DNA from: Puniceicoccaceae bacterium
GTDB lineage: Bacteria; Verrucomicrobiota; Verrucomicrobiia; Opitutales; Oceanipulchritudinaceae
NCBI GenBank assembly: GCA_040830765.1
Contig: JBFOMH010000004.1
Location: 128,001-192,000, forward strand
Direction: 5' to 3'
Length of the DNA stretch: 64,000 nt
A program made the translations under genes and the position numbers. Shown here piece by piece: positions 1 to 9,913 of the stretch (the stretch's first letter is position 1; every line of letters starts with the position of its first letter). The notes under the pieces are model-generated. The model worked only from the letters and a program-made list of their open reading frames with translations. It made no database searches and had not been told where the DNA came from.

Positions 1-1698
1 CTCGAATACCGCTACAACAGCGGCGCGCGCCTCATCATGGCGGCAGGGACGGTCTTTATTTACCTGCTCCTTCTGGGAGCGGTGACTTACTCCGGTGCCT
101 TGACCATCCGGACCATCGCCATGGAGCGGGGAGTGGACATTTCCCTCCAAGCGGGTGCGCTTGCCATTGGCCTGATCGCCATGGTCTACGTTATCGCTGG
201 TGGACTCAAGGCCTGCGCCTGGGCCGACCTCATCCAGGGGAGTGCCCTCATCATAGGTGGCGGTATCATCATGTACTTTGCCTTCGACATGATGGGCAGT
301 GCGGAAACATTGGCCGGAATCGCTGACGTGAAGACCGGCGAAGTGGTCATGAAAAGCTTTGATGCCGAAACGGGTGCATTTGCCCGCTTCATGGAACTGA
401 ACAGTACCCGGTTGAACATGTTCCTTCCGGCCAGCGACAGCACCCTTCCCTGGACGGCCCTGTTGCTCGGCTTGTGGATTCCAAATTTCTACTACTGGGG
501 CCTCAACCAGTACATCACCCAGCGGACCCTTGGCTCCGCCTCCCTCTCCGAGGGTCAAAAAGGGATTGTCTTCGCCGCCTTCATGAAGCTGCTCATTCCC
601 TTTGTCATCGTCATTCCCGGCATCATGGCCTTCAACCTCTTTGCCGGAAACATGCATATCGCCGCCGGCAAGGACAACGGGACGGTCCTGGCCAAGTACC
701 TCGCCGCCAATCCCGCCAGTGCAGTAGTCAACGTCATGGAAGCCCCTTCAAATGAAGTACTGGCGGCCATTCCCCATGACACCTACGTCCTGGCCGTCTA
801 TCCGGACGCAGCTGCCGTCAATGCAGCCGAGCTGCCGAACGGCCATGTCTTTGCCCTGAGCCAGGATGCCTTTGCGGCAGCCCAGGCCAGCCTGAGTGGG
901 CCGACCGTCTTTGAAAGCGACGACTATGCCTTCGCCAGCGCCAATCCGGCATTGGCGACGGAACTGGCAACCTTCAATGCGACTGTCCGAGCGGCCAATA
1001 ACTCTGTAGCGACCGAGAAACTACTTGGATACAAGTATGACACCGCCCTCGGACAACTGCTTTCCAATGTCCTGCCGGCGGGATCCGGGCTGCTCGGCTT
1101 TGTGCTGGCCGCACTCCTTGGGGCGGTGGTCAGCTCCCTCGCGGCCATGCTGAACGCAGCCTCGACCATTTTCTCGATGGACATCTTCAAGAAGTACATC
1201 CGCCCGGAAGCCAAGCAGAGTACGATCGTCGTCCTCGGCCGGATCAGCGTGGCGGTGTTCGCGGTGATTGCCGTGGTGCTGGCCCCGATGCTGGGCAACC
1301 CGAAGATCAGCAATTCCATCTTCACCATCATCCAGGAAGGCCAGGGTCTCATTTCCCCCGGTATTCTCGCGGTCTTTGCCTTCGGCCTGCTGGTCCACAA
1401 GGGACCGCGGATTTGTGGCGTTGCCGGGTTGCTGACCAACATCATTGCCTATCCGGCCCTCAAGTTCGCGGTGCCGGATGTCAACTTCCTGAACCGGATG
1501 GCGATCTGTTTCTTCCTTTGCATTGTTGTCATGACCGTCATCACGGTGGCCAAGCCGCTGGCCAAACCGATTGAGTTCGAGGCCAAGAACGTGGTTGCAC
1601 TGGAGTCCTCCAAGGGTGCCCGCACCGCCGGCATCGGGGTGGTTATCCTGACCCTGTTGCTCTATGTGATCTTCTCCCCGCTTGGTATCGCCGGTTGA
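1..1698 (+). CDS. Sodium:solute symporter (SSS/SGLT-like sugar transporter), 5'-truncated by the window edge
   Basis: Frame is open from base 1 (LEYRYNSGARLI...). Has SSS motifs GGLKACAWADLIQG, YYWGLNQYITQRTL and AALLGAVVSSLAAMLNAASTIFSMD, plus many TM helices. Confidence 0.92.
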   Translation, partial: LEYRYNSGARLIMAAGTVFIYLLLLGAVTYSGALTIRTIAMERGVDISLQAGALAIGLIAMVYVIAGGLKACAWADLIQGSALIIGGGIIMYFAFDMMGSAETLAGIADVKTGEVVMKSFDAETGAFARFMELNSTRLNMFLPASDSTLPWTALLLGLWIPNFYYWGLNQYITQRTLGSASLSEGQKGIVFAAFMKLLIPFVIVIPGIMAFNLFAGNMHIAAGKDNGTVLAKYLAANPASAVVNVMEAPSNEVLAAIPHDTYVLAVYPDAAAVNAAELPNGHVFALSQDAFAAAQASLSGPTVFESDDYAFASANPALATELATFNATVRAANNSVATEKLLGYKYDTALGQLLSNVLPAGSGLLGFVLAALLGAVVSSLAAMLNAASTIFSMDIFKKYIRPEAKQSTIVVLGRISVAVFAVIAVVLAPMLGNPKISNSIFTIIQEGQGLISPGILAVFAFGLLVHKGPRICGVAGLLTNIIAYPALKFAVPDVNFLNRMAICFFLCIVVMTVITVAKPLAKPIEFEAKNVVALESSKGARTAGIGVVILTLLLYVIFSPLGIAG

Positions 1699-1707
1699 TC
1701 TAGTGTT

Positions 1708-2613
1708 TCAGCCAATCTTCTTTTTTGGCTGGCGGTCCGGGATGAAGTGCCGCACCAGCCCGTAGAAGATGTAGCCAAGGAAGACGATGGCGATGGCCAG
1801 AAAATGGAAGAGGTAGATGGCCGTGAAGACGAGAAAGAGGAAGATGAAGCCGCGGATATCGACCTTGGTGTGCGTCCCGATGGTCTTGAGGCTCGGGTAG
1901 CGGACACTGGAGACCATGAGAGTGGCGATCAGGATGAGCAGAATCGGCAGGAAGAGGGCCACCGAGGGCAGGTCGAAACGGTTCAGGACAAGGACAATGG
2001 AGGAGACCATTCCCGCCGCTGCAGGAACCGGAAGGCCCAGGAACTCATGGTCCGGATTGGCATCTGCATGGGGCAACAGGGGCGTTGTCAGGACGTTGTA
2101 GCGCGCCAGACGGACAGCCGCACAGAGCAGGTAGAAGAAACCCACGAGGCCTCCAAGAGTCCGCACGAGGGGAAATTCCTCGGTTGGGCTGAGGAGGACA
2201 AAGAAGACCAGCAAAGCCGGGGCCAGACCGAAGGAAACCACGTCCGCCAGGGAATCGAATTCCTTGCCAAAGAGAGATTCCTTGCGAGTCATCCGGGCCA
2301 TGCGGCCATCCAGCATGTCGAAAATGACGGCGGCGAGGATGAACCAGACCGCCTGCTCGTAGAGCTGCTCGGGGGTCTTGGCCACTGTCTCGATAAACCC
2401 GGTGCCAAGGCCCTCCGCCGTGGAGGCAAACTTGGCCTGAATGCAGCGCATGATAGCGACAAACCCGCAAAAGAGGTTTCCTGCCGTCATCAAGTTGGGC
2501 AGGAAATAGATTTTGCTGGCCTCGGAGGAGTCCACGTAGGCCGGCCCGGAATCCGGCAGGGAGTCCTCCAGGGGCTCCTTGGTGAAATCCGGCTCAGTGG
2601 GTCTATCGGTCAC
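1708..2613 (-). CDS. pssA: CDP-diacylglycerol--serine O-phosphatidyltransferase
   Basis: LPNLMTAGNLFCGF and the CDP-alcohol phosphotransferase motif DMLDGRMAR...GKEFDSLADVVSFG; RLARYN; FLGLPVPAAA. Confidence 0.92.
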   Translation of the reverse strand: MTDRPTEPDFTKEPLEDSLPDSGPAYVDSSEASKIYFLPNLMTAGNLFCGFVAIMRCIQAKFASTAEGLGTGFIETVAKTPEQLYEQAVWFILAAVIFDMLDGRMARMTRKESLFGKEFDSLADVVSFGLAPALLVFFVLLSPTEEFPLVRTLGGLVGFFYLLCAAVRLARYNVLTTPLLPHADANPDHEFLGLPVPAAAGMVSSIVLVLNRFDLPSVALFLPILLILIATLMVSSVRYPSLKTIGTHTKVDIRGFIFLFLVFTAIYLFHFLAIAIVFLGYIFYGLVRHFIPDRQPKKKIG

Positions 2614-3017
2614 TCGTTGTCGTTTTTCTTGAGGGTTTCGAGGTACTTCCAGAAGGACTGGTGCTGCTCAATCATGGTTTCCGCCGTCACAGGGAGCTTG
2701 TTGCGGTAGATAAAATCCGTGAGGGAATTCTTCCCGAGAATGTAGTGTGCGTAGAGCGTGTCGCCCTTGACCTCGAAATAGCAGCGGAATTCACCCGCCC
2801 GGACACGGTAGTAGGTGATACCATCCCGGTGGAACCGCCCGATGCCTTCCTCAAGCCCTTCCAGTTGCTCCGGAGTGACATTGGAAATCTTGTCCACCAA
2901 TGCCAGTTGGCTTTCCACGGGGAGCTTGTTCAATTCCCGCATGGAATGGTCACTGAAGGTGACTTGATAGAGGCCGCGGGCGCGTCGCGACAAAGTCTGG
3001 GCATTTTCCGGGTCCAT
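2610..3017 (-). CDS. RelE/ParE-like toxin-fold protein with C-terminal extension; no adjacent antitoxin
   Basis: YQVTFSDHSMRELNKL...YYRVRAGEFRCYFEV resembles the RelE fold (Y.v.f...a.kel.kL...yRlRvGdyRviyei). ATG at 3017 is preferred over TTG at 3053. Overlaps pssA by 4 bp. Confidence 0.7.
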   Translation of the reverse strand: MDPENAQTLSRRARGLYQVTFSDHSMRELNKLPVESQLALVDKISNVTPEQLEGLEEGIGRFHRDGITYYRVRAGEFRCYFEVKGDTLYAHYILGKNSLTDFIYRNKLPVTAETMIEQHQSFWKYLETLKKNDNE

Positions 3018-3140
3018 TAGCGCTAAATAAAAGGCTTGGGCCCGGTTTGGCAAGCACGGCGCTCTTTATCTTTTACTCCAAATCCGGGGTGATTTTGAAT
3101 TGCCAGAGTTTGACCAACTCCTCAATGATCACGTGATTCC

Positions 3141-4271
3141 ATGAAATTCAAAATAAATCGCGACCACTTCACCAACGGGCTGCAACAGGTATTGAATGTT
3201 GTCGGAACCCGCGCCACCATGCCGATTCTGGGAAATGTCCTGATTGAAGCGGCTGACAACCAGATTTCCCTCACCACGACGAATCTGGACCTGGGCATCC
3301 GGTGTAAAATCAAGGCCAACGTCGGCGAATCCGGCTCCCTTACCCTTCCGGTCCGTAAACTGGCCAGCATTATCCGGGAAATGCCCTCCCTCGAGGTCGA
3401 GCTGGAGACCTACTCCAACAACCAGGCCAAAATCACCAGCGGCTCTTCGCTTTTCCGTATCATGGGGATTGGGGCGGATGAATTTCCCCCGTTGCCCAGC
3501 TTTGCCGACCAGCACAGTTATCTCCTGCGCCAGGATGACCTCGAGCGCATGCTAAAAAGTGTCTCCTATGCCCAGTCCAGCGACGAGACCCGCTACATCA
3601 TGAACGGGGTTTACTTCAATTTTGAGGATCAGCAACTGACCCTCGCCGCGACCGATGGCCGCCGCCTGGCCGTGGTCTCCAAGGAGGTCGAGGTCTCAGA
3701 GGAAAATGCCGGTCACATCATTCTCCCCGCGAAGACTGTCCATGAGGTCGAGCGCCTGCTTGGCAAGGGGGACAATGTCCGGATTGCCTTCAATGACCGG
3801 CAGGTGGCCTTTGAAATCACCTCCGCCGAAGATGCCGATGACACCGGTCTGGTTGATTCCATCTACCTCGTCTCAAAGGTCGTCGAAGGGAACTATCCCA
3901 ATTACCGGCAGGTCATCCCCAAGGGGAACGACCAGCACATCAAGCTGAACCGGGAGAACTTCGCCAACTGTGTTCGCCGGGCAGCCCTGGTAACCAGTGA
4001 GAAGAACCACTCGGTGAAGGTGCATGTGAACAAGAATGTCCTTGAGGTGACTGGCCAGAGCCCCGAATTCGGGGAATCCAATGTCTCCTTGAACATCGAG
4101 TACGACGGGCCGGAGATCAATGTCGCCTTCAATCCCCAGTTCATCCTCGATCCGCTGCGGGCCCTGACCCGTGATGAGGTCATCTTCGAGTTCAAGGATG
4201 AGTTGAGCCCCGGCGTCATCCGGACCCAGGACAGTTTTCTTTGTGTCATCATGCCGCTTCGCCTGAACTAA
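3141..4271 (+). CDS. dnaN: DNA polymerase III beta sliding clamp
   Basis: MKFKINRD...[36 protein letters not shown]; 376 aa. Confidence 0.98.
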   Translation: MKFKINRDHFTNGLQQVLNVVGTRATMPILGNVLIEAADNQISLTTTNLDLGIRCKIKANVGESGSLTLPVRKLASIIREMPSLEVELETYSNNQAKITSGSSLFRIMGIGADEFPPLPSFADQHSYLLRQDDLERMLKSVSYAQSSDETRYIMNGVYFNFEDQQLTLAATDGRRLAVVSKEVEVSEENAGHIILPAKTVHEVERLLGKGDNVRIAFNDRQVAFEITSAEDADDTGLVDSIYLVSKVVEGNYPNYRQVIPKGNDQHIKLNRENFANCVRRAALVTSEKNHSVKVHVNKNVLEVTGQSPEFGESNVSLNIEYDGPEINVAFNPQFILDPLRALTRDEVIFEFKDELSPGVIRTQDSFLCVIMPLRLN

Positions 4272-4284
4272 GGGCACGTGGCAG

Positions 4285-5190
4285 ATGGAGCTGATCCCGC
4301 AGGGCGAATCCCTCCTGATCCAGGGCGGCATCCTCGCGCTGGCTATCCTCAGCCTGTTGGTATCCTGGTGGGCCGGTAGGGCGGGCTCCCCAATCCTGGC
4401 CATCGCCAGTCGCTGGCTGCGGTGGATCTTCATCGCCATCCTGATGGCCGGGGCTGTCTACGTCTTCGGCTGGACGGGCTACCGGTTTCCAGTGCTGTTT
4501 TTTGTCGCCATGCTGGCCTGGTTCCTGGTCGAGACCGCTTACAACTGGCTCGCCATCTCCACCTTGAGTAGGAGCGAGCTCCCCCTCTTTCCAAAATTCG
4601 AGGAAAACGACAGCGGTGAGGAGTGGCCGACCGACAATCGCTTCCTGAAGCTGAAAGACTGGCTCTCAGCCAACGGATTCAGCCGCCGGCAGGCTCTCAT
4701 TTCCCATCTGGAAGACCTCGTCCTGATGCGGGTATCGGTCTATGAGAACCAGGACCAGACCATCCGCCTGCATGTCCTCTTTTTGCCCAACGCCCGTGGC
4801 AGCACGGCGGTCTGTTTCACCTGTTACTCCTCAACCCGGCTGGGCGACTGCATCGTGACCGACAACGTTTTCCTGCCCTTCGGTGGATTCTATCCGGAAA
4901 ACTGGGATGTTGAAAGGCGCCCCTGGACGCGGGCCCTGTCCAATCTGGTGGAACGGCATCGTGCCCGCATCGATGCCAAGGCGGAGGTGCTGATGCCGTT
5001 TGTCACGTCTCCCCTGGAGCAGATCAACGAAGACCAGCGACAGGTCGAGCTGCTCAACCGGGATCTTGGATTTCTCAACAAGCGGGCGGAGGAGACTGAG
5101 TTGGGCCGTCTGACCACGGCCGGCAAGGCTCGCATCTGGCAGGAAATCTGGACCCTGGCCTATTTTGGCCTCCCGCTTTCCTACAATTGA
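4285..5190 (+). CDS. Hypothetical membrane protein (about 3 N-terminal TM helices plus a soluble domain)
   Basis: 301 aa ORF 13 bp after dnaN on the same strand, with a hydrophobic N-terminal third. Confidence 0.75.
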   Translation: MELIPQGESLLIQGGILALAILSLLVSWWAGRAGSPILAIASRWLRWIFIAILMAGAVYVFGWTGYRFPVLFFVAMLAWFLVETAYNWLAISTLSRSELPLFPKFEENDSGEEWPTDNRFLKLKDWLSANGFSRRQALISHLEDLVLMRVSVYENQDQTIRLHVLFLPNARGSTAVCFTCYSSTRLGDCIVTDNVFLPFGGFYPENWDVERRPWTRALSNLVERHRARIDAKAEVLMPFVTSPLEQINEDQRQVELLNRDLGFLNKRAEETELGRLTTAGKARIWQEIWTLAYFGLPLSYN

Positions 5191-5193
5191 GGC

Positions 5194-5802
5194 TTACTTG
5201 TTGCGCCGGAACCAGCGGATCTCCTCGCGCCCAAAGCGCGACTCATAAGCCTTACTGGGCTTCCAGGCCTGGAGAAGGGTCAGCCCCTTGGAAAATAATT
5301 CCTCGATCTCCTCTTCCTCGATACGGAATGGCGGCCCTTCATCGTCTTCCGGATCGCGATAGAAGAGGGCCAGGTAATAGCCTCCCGGCTTGAGCAGCTT
5401 GCGCACGGAGCGGGCATAGTCCGGCCAATGCTTTGGTTCCAGGGCGCAGAGGCAGGTGTGCTCGATGATCCAGTCGAAGGATTTCTTCAAGGTCGGCGCT
5501 GGATCGAGAAAATTACCCCGCTTGTAGGTTGCCCGCCGGTGGGGATTAAGCTTCCGGGCCGCCTTGATGGCGGATGGGGCGATATCCAGCCCGGTCACCT
5601 TGGCCCCGAGTTTGGCAAAATAATAGACATCGTGACCTGAGCCCGGGCCGGGAATGAGAACATTGCCCGAAGGGACCCCTACCCGCTCGACAAACTCCTC
5701 AAAGGGCGGCGCATGGCTGCCATGGTCCCAGGGGGTCTCGCCCTTCTTCCAGCGGCCTTCCCAGAACTGGTGAATGTCCTCATGCGCGGCTTTCCTGCCC
5801 AT
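5194..5802 (-). CDS. Thiopurine/halide-thiol S-methyltransferase family SAM-dependent methyltransferase
   Basis: FWEGRWKKGETPWD, VLIPGPGSGHD (SAM motif I), FDWIIEHTCLCAL, GPPF. Confidence 0.85.
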   Translation of the reverse strand: MGRKAAHEDIHQFWEGRWKKGETPWDHGSHAPPFEEFVERVGVPSGNVLIPGPGSGHDVYYFAKLGAKVTGLDIAPSAIKAARKLNPHRRATYKRGNFLDPAPTLKKSFDWIIEHTCLCALEPKHWPDYARSVRKLLKPGGYYLALFYRDPEDDEGPPFRIEEEEIEELFSKGLTLLQAWKPSKAYESRFGREEIRWFRRNK

Positions 5803-5884
5803 ATTCGAATGGTTGAGGATCGGATTGAATGGATCAAGACTTGTCAGCGCTTTTCGAATGGCGCATTAAGGGAACAGAATCGAC

Positions 5885-6355
5885 ATGGCCGCCATCCGAC
5901 AAATCCGCTCCGCCGCCCGGGCCGTTATCATTTGTAACGGCTGTCTGCTGGCGACCAAAATGCGGGACCAGCGGGGCGTCTACTACATCCTTCCGGGAGG
6001 CGGACAACAGCCCGGCGAAACGATGGAAGAGGCCGTCCGGCGGGAATGTCTCGAGGAGGTGGGCTTGAAAGTTCGGGTAGTCCGGCTGCTCTACGTGCGT
6101 GAGTATATCGGGAAAAACCACACCTTTTCCAAGCGGCATGCCGCCTTTCACCAGATCGAGCATGTGTTCCTCTGCGAAGTCGACGATCCGACCGGTGCCT
6201 GCCCGGGCAGCGAGACCGACAACCACCAGATCGGGGTAAACTGGCTCTCCCTCGAGGCCTTCGACAATATCCGCTTCTACCCGGAGGCCATCAAGCCCTA
6301 CATCCGGGCAGATGGCGTTGACTTTCCCTCACTCTACCTCGGCGACTGCAACTGA
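5885..6355 (+). CDS. NUDIX hydrolase
   Basis: Nudix box GGGQQPGETMEEAVRRECLEEVG. Confidence 0.92.
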   Translation: MAAIRQIRSAARAVIICNGCLLATKMRDQRGVYYILPGGGQQPGETMEEAVRRECLEEVGLKVRVVRLLYVREYIGKNHTFSKRHAAFHQIEHVFLCEVDDPTGACPGSETDNHQIGVNWLSLEAFDNIRFYPEAIKPYIRADGVDFPSLYLGDCN

Positions 6356-7231
6356 GTCATCGCTATCCGATGGCAGCGTTGTTTCGGGCTCCTCGATGGC
6401 CACCAACTCGGCCCAGAAGTTGCCGACAATGACTTCACTTTCCATGCGCAGTGGCAAGCGCCGCTCATCCGCACTGATATAAAAGCGGATATGCCCATCT
6501 GGTGAGCGCTTGAAGACGCCCCCGACATCCTTGATGTCCGGCTCAATGACATAGGCTTCCTGCCGGCCGCCGTACTTGAACCTCCGCTTCACCTTCTTGA
6601 TAACGTGGACATTGGTGTAGAAGAACTCCTTCCCGTTACTCGTCGGGATAATGATCTCATCCCCAACCTCGAAATCCAGGCTGCGCAGGAAAAAGACGAT
6701 TCCCAGCGGATCGAACGTACCGGGAAGGATTTCAACCGGGCCACGCCGGTCATCCGTCAACTTGTTGAAGTAGCTGCCGGTAAGGTTTTCCGTATCAAAG
6801 AGGGCCTGCGAGTCGCGCTTGCGGCCACCCTCGTTCTGGTCTGCCCTGTATTCAAAAGATCGCGACACATCGCGACTGATCCAGCTGGTACTGTGGTTGC
6901 GCACCTTGTAGATGGGATCGGCAAACCCGTTGGTCCGGGTAGCGAGGCTGATCTTCCAGGCCGGTTGCTCTTCGTACATGTCCTCGACGCATTGCAACGT
7001 CGCCCTGGCGACACTGAAGACACCCCAACCAAGACGGAACCGCAATTGCTCCCCCTCGATGAAGGGCGGACTTTTTTCCACCGTCAGGGGGTCAACGCGG
7101 AATTGTTCCAGCTCCGGGGGGAGTTGTTCGAGAATACCTTCCGCGCCCTCCTCTGTCCGCGCGATGACCAGACTTGCCGGAAGAACAATCAGGACAAAAA
7201 AGCAGATAACTTGGGTAATCCGGCTATGCAT
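6329..7231 (-). CDS. DUF3108-like exported protein
   Basis: Signal peptide; PF..GEQLRFRLGWG, FDPLGIVFFLR and YISADERRLPLRMESEVIVG are typical of DUF3108. Confidence 0.75.
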   Translation of the reverse strand: MHSRITQVICFFVLIVLPASLVIARTEEGAEGILEQLPPELEQFRVDPLTVEKSPPFIEGEQLRFRLGWGVFSVARATLQCVEDMYEEQPAWKISLATRTNGFADPIYKVRNHSTSWISRDVSRSFEYRADQNEGGRKRDSQALFDTENLTGSYFNKLTDDRRGPVEILPGTFDPLGIVFFLRSLDFEVGDEIIIPTSNGKEFFYTNVHVIKKVKRRFKYGGRQEAYVIEPDIKDVGGVFKRSPDGHIRFYISADERRLPLRMESEVIVGNFWAELVAIEEPETTLPSDSDDSVAVAEVE

Positions 7232-7249
7232 CAGAATGTTGGACTCCGT

Positions 7250-9784
7250 TTAGCCTTTTCCGTTCACCGGGACCGGTGCCGGTTGAAGGTTCCAGATTTC
7301 CTCCGCATACTGCCGGATTGTCCGGTCGCTGGAGAACTTACCGACGCGGGCAGTATTCAGGATGGCCATCCGCATCCAATTGTCGCGGTCGCGGAAAGCG
7401 GTATCAATCCGTTCCTGTGCCTTCACGTAATCCGCGAAATCCTCGAGTACGAGATACGGATCCCCACCTTCCAGCAGGCTGTGCTTAAGCGGCGCCAGGA
7501 CACCATCCTCTCCGGGCGTGAAGTAGCTGGAGCCAATCCAGTCAACGATTGCCCGCAGGTTCTCGTCATTGAAATAATGCTCGTAGGGATTGTAGCCCCG
7601 TTCACGCAAAGCTTCCACTTCCTCCACGGTCCGGCCGAAGATGAAGATGTTGTCGGATCCAACCTCTTCCTCAATTTCCACGTTGGCCCCGTCGAGGGTG
7701 CCGACAGTGAGGGCGCCGTTGAGGGCAAACTTCATGTTGCCGGTGCCGCTGGCCTCCTTGCCGGCAGTGGAAATCTGCTCGGAGACATCGGCTGCCGGAA
7801 TCATGCGCTCAGCGAGGGTCACCCGGTAGTTGGGCATGAAGACAACCTTCAGTTTGCCGCCAATGCGCTGATCATTGTTGATCGTCGCCGCGACTGCATT
7901 GATGGCGTGGATAATCGTCTTGGCCATCGTGTAGCCAGGAGCGGCCTTGGCCCCGAAGAAGAAGACCCGGGGAACCATGTCGAATTCCGGCTCGTGCAGC
8001 AAGCGCCTGTAGAGATGCAGGATGTGGAGCAAGTTGAGCTGCTGGCGCTTGTACTCGTGCAAGCGCTTGATTTGTACATCAAAAATAGCATCGGCGGAAA
8101 TCTCGATGCCGCACTCGGTCTTCACCAGCTCGGCGAGGGCTTCCTTGTTGGCCCGTTTGATGGCACGGAACTTGTCCCGGAAGGCTTTCTTTTTTGCGAA
8201 CGGCTCCAATTGGCGTAACTGGTCGAGATCAGCGACCCAGCTGTCCCCGATTGACTCGGTGATCAATTGGCCGAGATCCGGGTTACAGGCCAGCAGCCAG
8301 CGGCGCGGCGTGATGCCGTTGGTCTTGTTCTGGATTTTATTGGGATAGAGGGCGTCAAAATCGGGAAAGAGGTCCTTCTTGAGCAACTCCGTATGCAGGG
8401 CCGCGACCCCATTTACGTATCCACTTCCCACTACACTGAGATAAGCCATGCGGATCATCTTGGGCTTGCCCTCCTCGATGAGGGAAAGGCGGCTCTTCAT
8501 TTCATCGTCGCCGGGCCACTTTGCCTCCACCTCTTCCTCGAGGAAACGGCGGTTGATTTCAAAAATAATCTGCAGGTGGCGCGGAAGGACCTTTTCAAAG
8601 AGAGGGACACTCCATTTTTCCAGCGCTTCCGGTAGCAGGGTGTGGTTGGTGTAATGGCAGACCTTGCGGGTGATTTCCCACGAACGGTCCCAGCCCAGGC
8701 CTTCCTCGTCGACCAGGATCCGCATCAGTTCCGCCACTGTGATCGCCGGGTGGGTATCATTGAGCTGGATGGTCGCCTTTTCCGGGAAGGTTTCCCAGTC
8801 ACTGTTGCGTTTGCGCCAGCGGCGGATGATATCCTGGATCGAGCAGGAGACGAAGAAGTACTGCTGTACGAGGCGCAGTTCCTTGCCGGCCTCAGCCGAG
8901 TCGTTGGGATAGAGCACCTTGGAAATGGTTTCCGCTTCCGCCTTGTCGCGGACCGCGTCGATGTAGCCTCCCTCGTTGAAGACATCGAAGTCAAAGTCCT
9001 GCGAAGCCCGGGCTTCCCACAGGCGGAGGAAATTGACCGTCCCGACGTTGTAGCCGCAAATGGGGATATCGTAAGGGAGCCCATTGACCTCATGGGTATC
9101 CACCCAGGCCGGATAAGGATTGCCGAGGTTGTCGAACTGGGTCTCGACACGGCCATAGAGGCGAACTGTCTTGGTATATTCCGGACGGACAATCTCCCAA
9201 GGGCAGCCAAACTTGCGCCAGGAATCCGGACGTTCGACCTGCTGGTTGTCGACGAATTTCTGACGGAAGATGCCAAACTCGTAGTAAATCCCGTAGCCCA
9301 CCGCGGGATATTCCATTGTTGCCAGGGAATCGAGGAAGCAGGCCGCGAGGCGGCCGAGGCCACCGTTGCCGAGACCCATGTCCTCCTCCTGGTTTTCAAG
9401 GTCCTCGAGGGAGAGCCCCAGCTCGGCAAGGGCATCGCGGGTGACCTCATAAAGGCCGGCATTCCAAATATTGTTTCGCATCATGCGACCCATGAGGTAC
9501 TCCAGACTCAGGTAGTAGACCCTGCGGACATTCTCATGGTTATGGACCGCCATGGTCTTGATGAACCGCTCCAGGATACGGTCATGGACGGCATGGCAGG
9601 TGGAAATCCACCAGTCCCGGTCCGTGGCCGTTTCGGTATCCCGGGCCAGGGTGAACTTCAGGTGATTGAGAATGGAGGACTTGAGGCCCTCGACCGTATC
9701 ATGGGTGTTGAAGTGGAAAGACTTTACCGGACCGTCACTTCCGGCGGCAGGCTTCGACTTACGTTTGCTTTGCTTGGTAGGCAT
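7250..9784 (-). CDS. glgP: Glycogen/starch/alpha-glucan phosphorylase (GT35)
   Basis: [33 protein letters not shown], and the PLP motif EASGTGNMK. Confidence 0.97.
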   Translation of the reverse strand: MPTKQSKRKSKPAAGSDGPVKSFHFNTHDTVEGLKSSILNHLKFTLARDTETATDRDWWISTCHAVHDRILERFIKTMAVHNHENVRRVYYLSLEYLMGRMMRNNIWNAGLYEVTRDALAELGLSLEDLENQEEDMGLGNGGLGRLAACFLDSLATMEYPAVGYGIYYEFGIFRQKFVDNQQVERPDSWRKFGCPWEIVRPEYTKTVRLYGRVETQFDNLGNPYPAWVDTHEVNGLPYDIPICGYNVGTVNFLRLWEARASQDFDFDVFNEGGYIDAVRDKAEAETISKVLYPNDSAEAGKELRLVQQYFFVSCSIQDIIRRWRKRNSDWETFPEKATIQLNDTHPAITVAELMRILVDEEGLGWDRSWEITRKVCHYTNHTLLPEALEKWSVPLFEKVLPRHLQIIFEINRRFLEEEVEAKWPGDDEMKSRLSLIEEGKPKMIRMAYLSVVGSGYVNGVAALHTELLKKDLFPDFDALYPNKIQNKTNGITPRRWLLACNPDLGQLITESIGDSWVADLDQLRQLEPFAKKKAFRDKFRAIKRANKEALAELVKTECGIEISADAIFDVQIKRLHEYKRQQLNLLHILHLYRRLLHEPEFDMVPRVFFFGAKAAPGYTMAKTIIHAINAVAATINNDQRIGGKLKVVFMPNYRVTLAERMIPAADVSEQISTAGKEASGTGNMKFALNGALTVGTLDGANVEIEEEVGSDNIFIFGRTVEEVEALRERGYNPYEHYFNDENLRAIVDWIGSSYFTPGEDGVLAPLKHSLLEGGDPYLVLEDFADYVKAQERIDTAFRDRDNWMRMAILNTARVGKFSSDRTIRQYAEEIWNLQPAPVPVNGKG

Positions 9785-9913
9785 TGGTTTTCAAAAAATT
9801 GGAATTTTAGACAGAAGGAAGATAGAGCCGCCCGTTGTCATGGGAAGCGTTAAATGGTCATCAGCCTTTGAAAAAGCAGGTCTTATTCCCATAATCTAGG
9901 ACAATTAAAGGAA

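Noticed and set aside
3125..3140. ATCACGTGAT palindrome just upstream of dnaN as a possible parS
   Set aside because: Only the CACGTG core matches; the TGTT/AACA arms are absent.
6605..9853. Long antisense ORFs opposite glgP (537 aa and 403 aa), and similar ones at 1747-2709, 12085-13803, 14587-15774, 22154-23494, 30042-31328, 36735-37895 and 51979-53406
   Set aside because: They overlap well-supported genes on the opposite strand, lack recognisable motifs, and are expected shadows of GC-rich codon usage.
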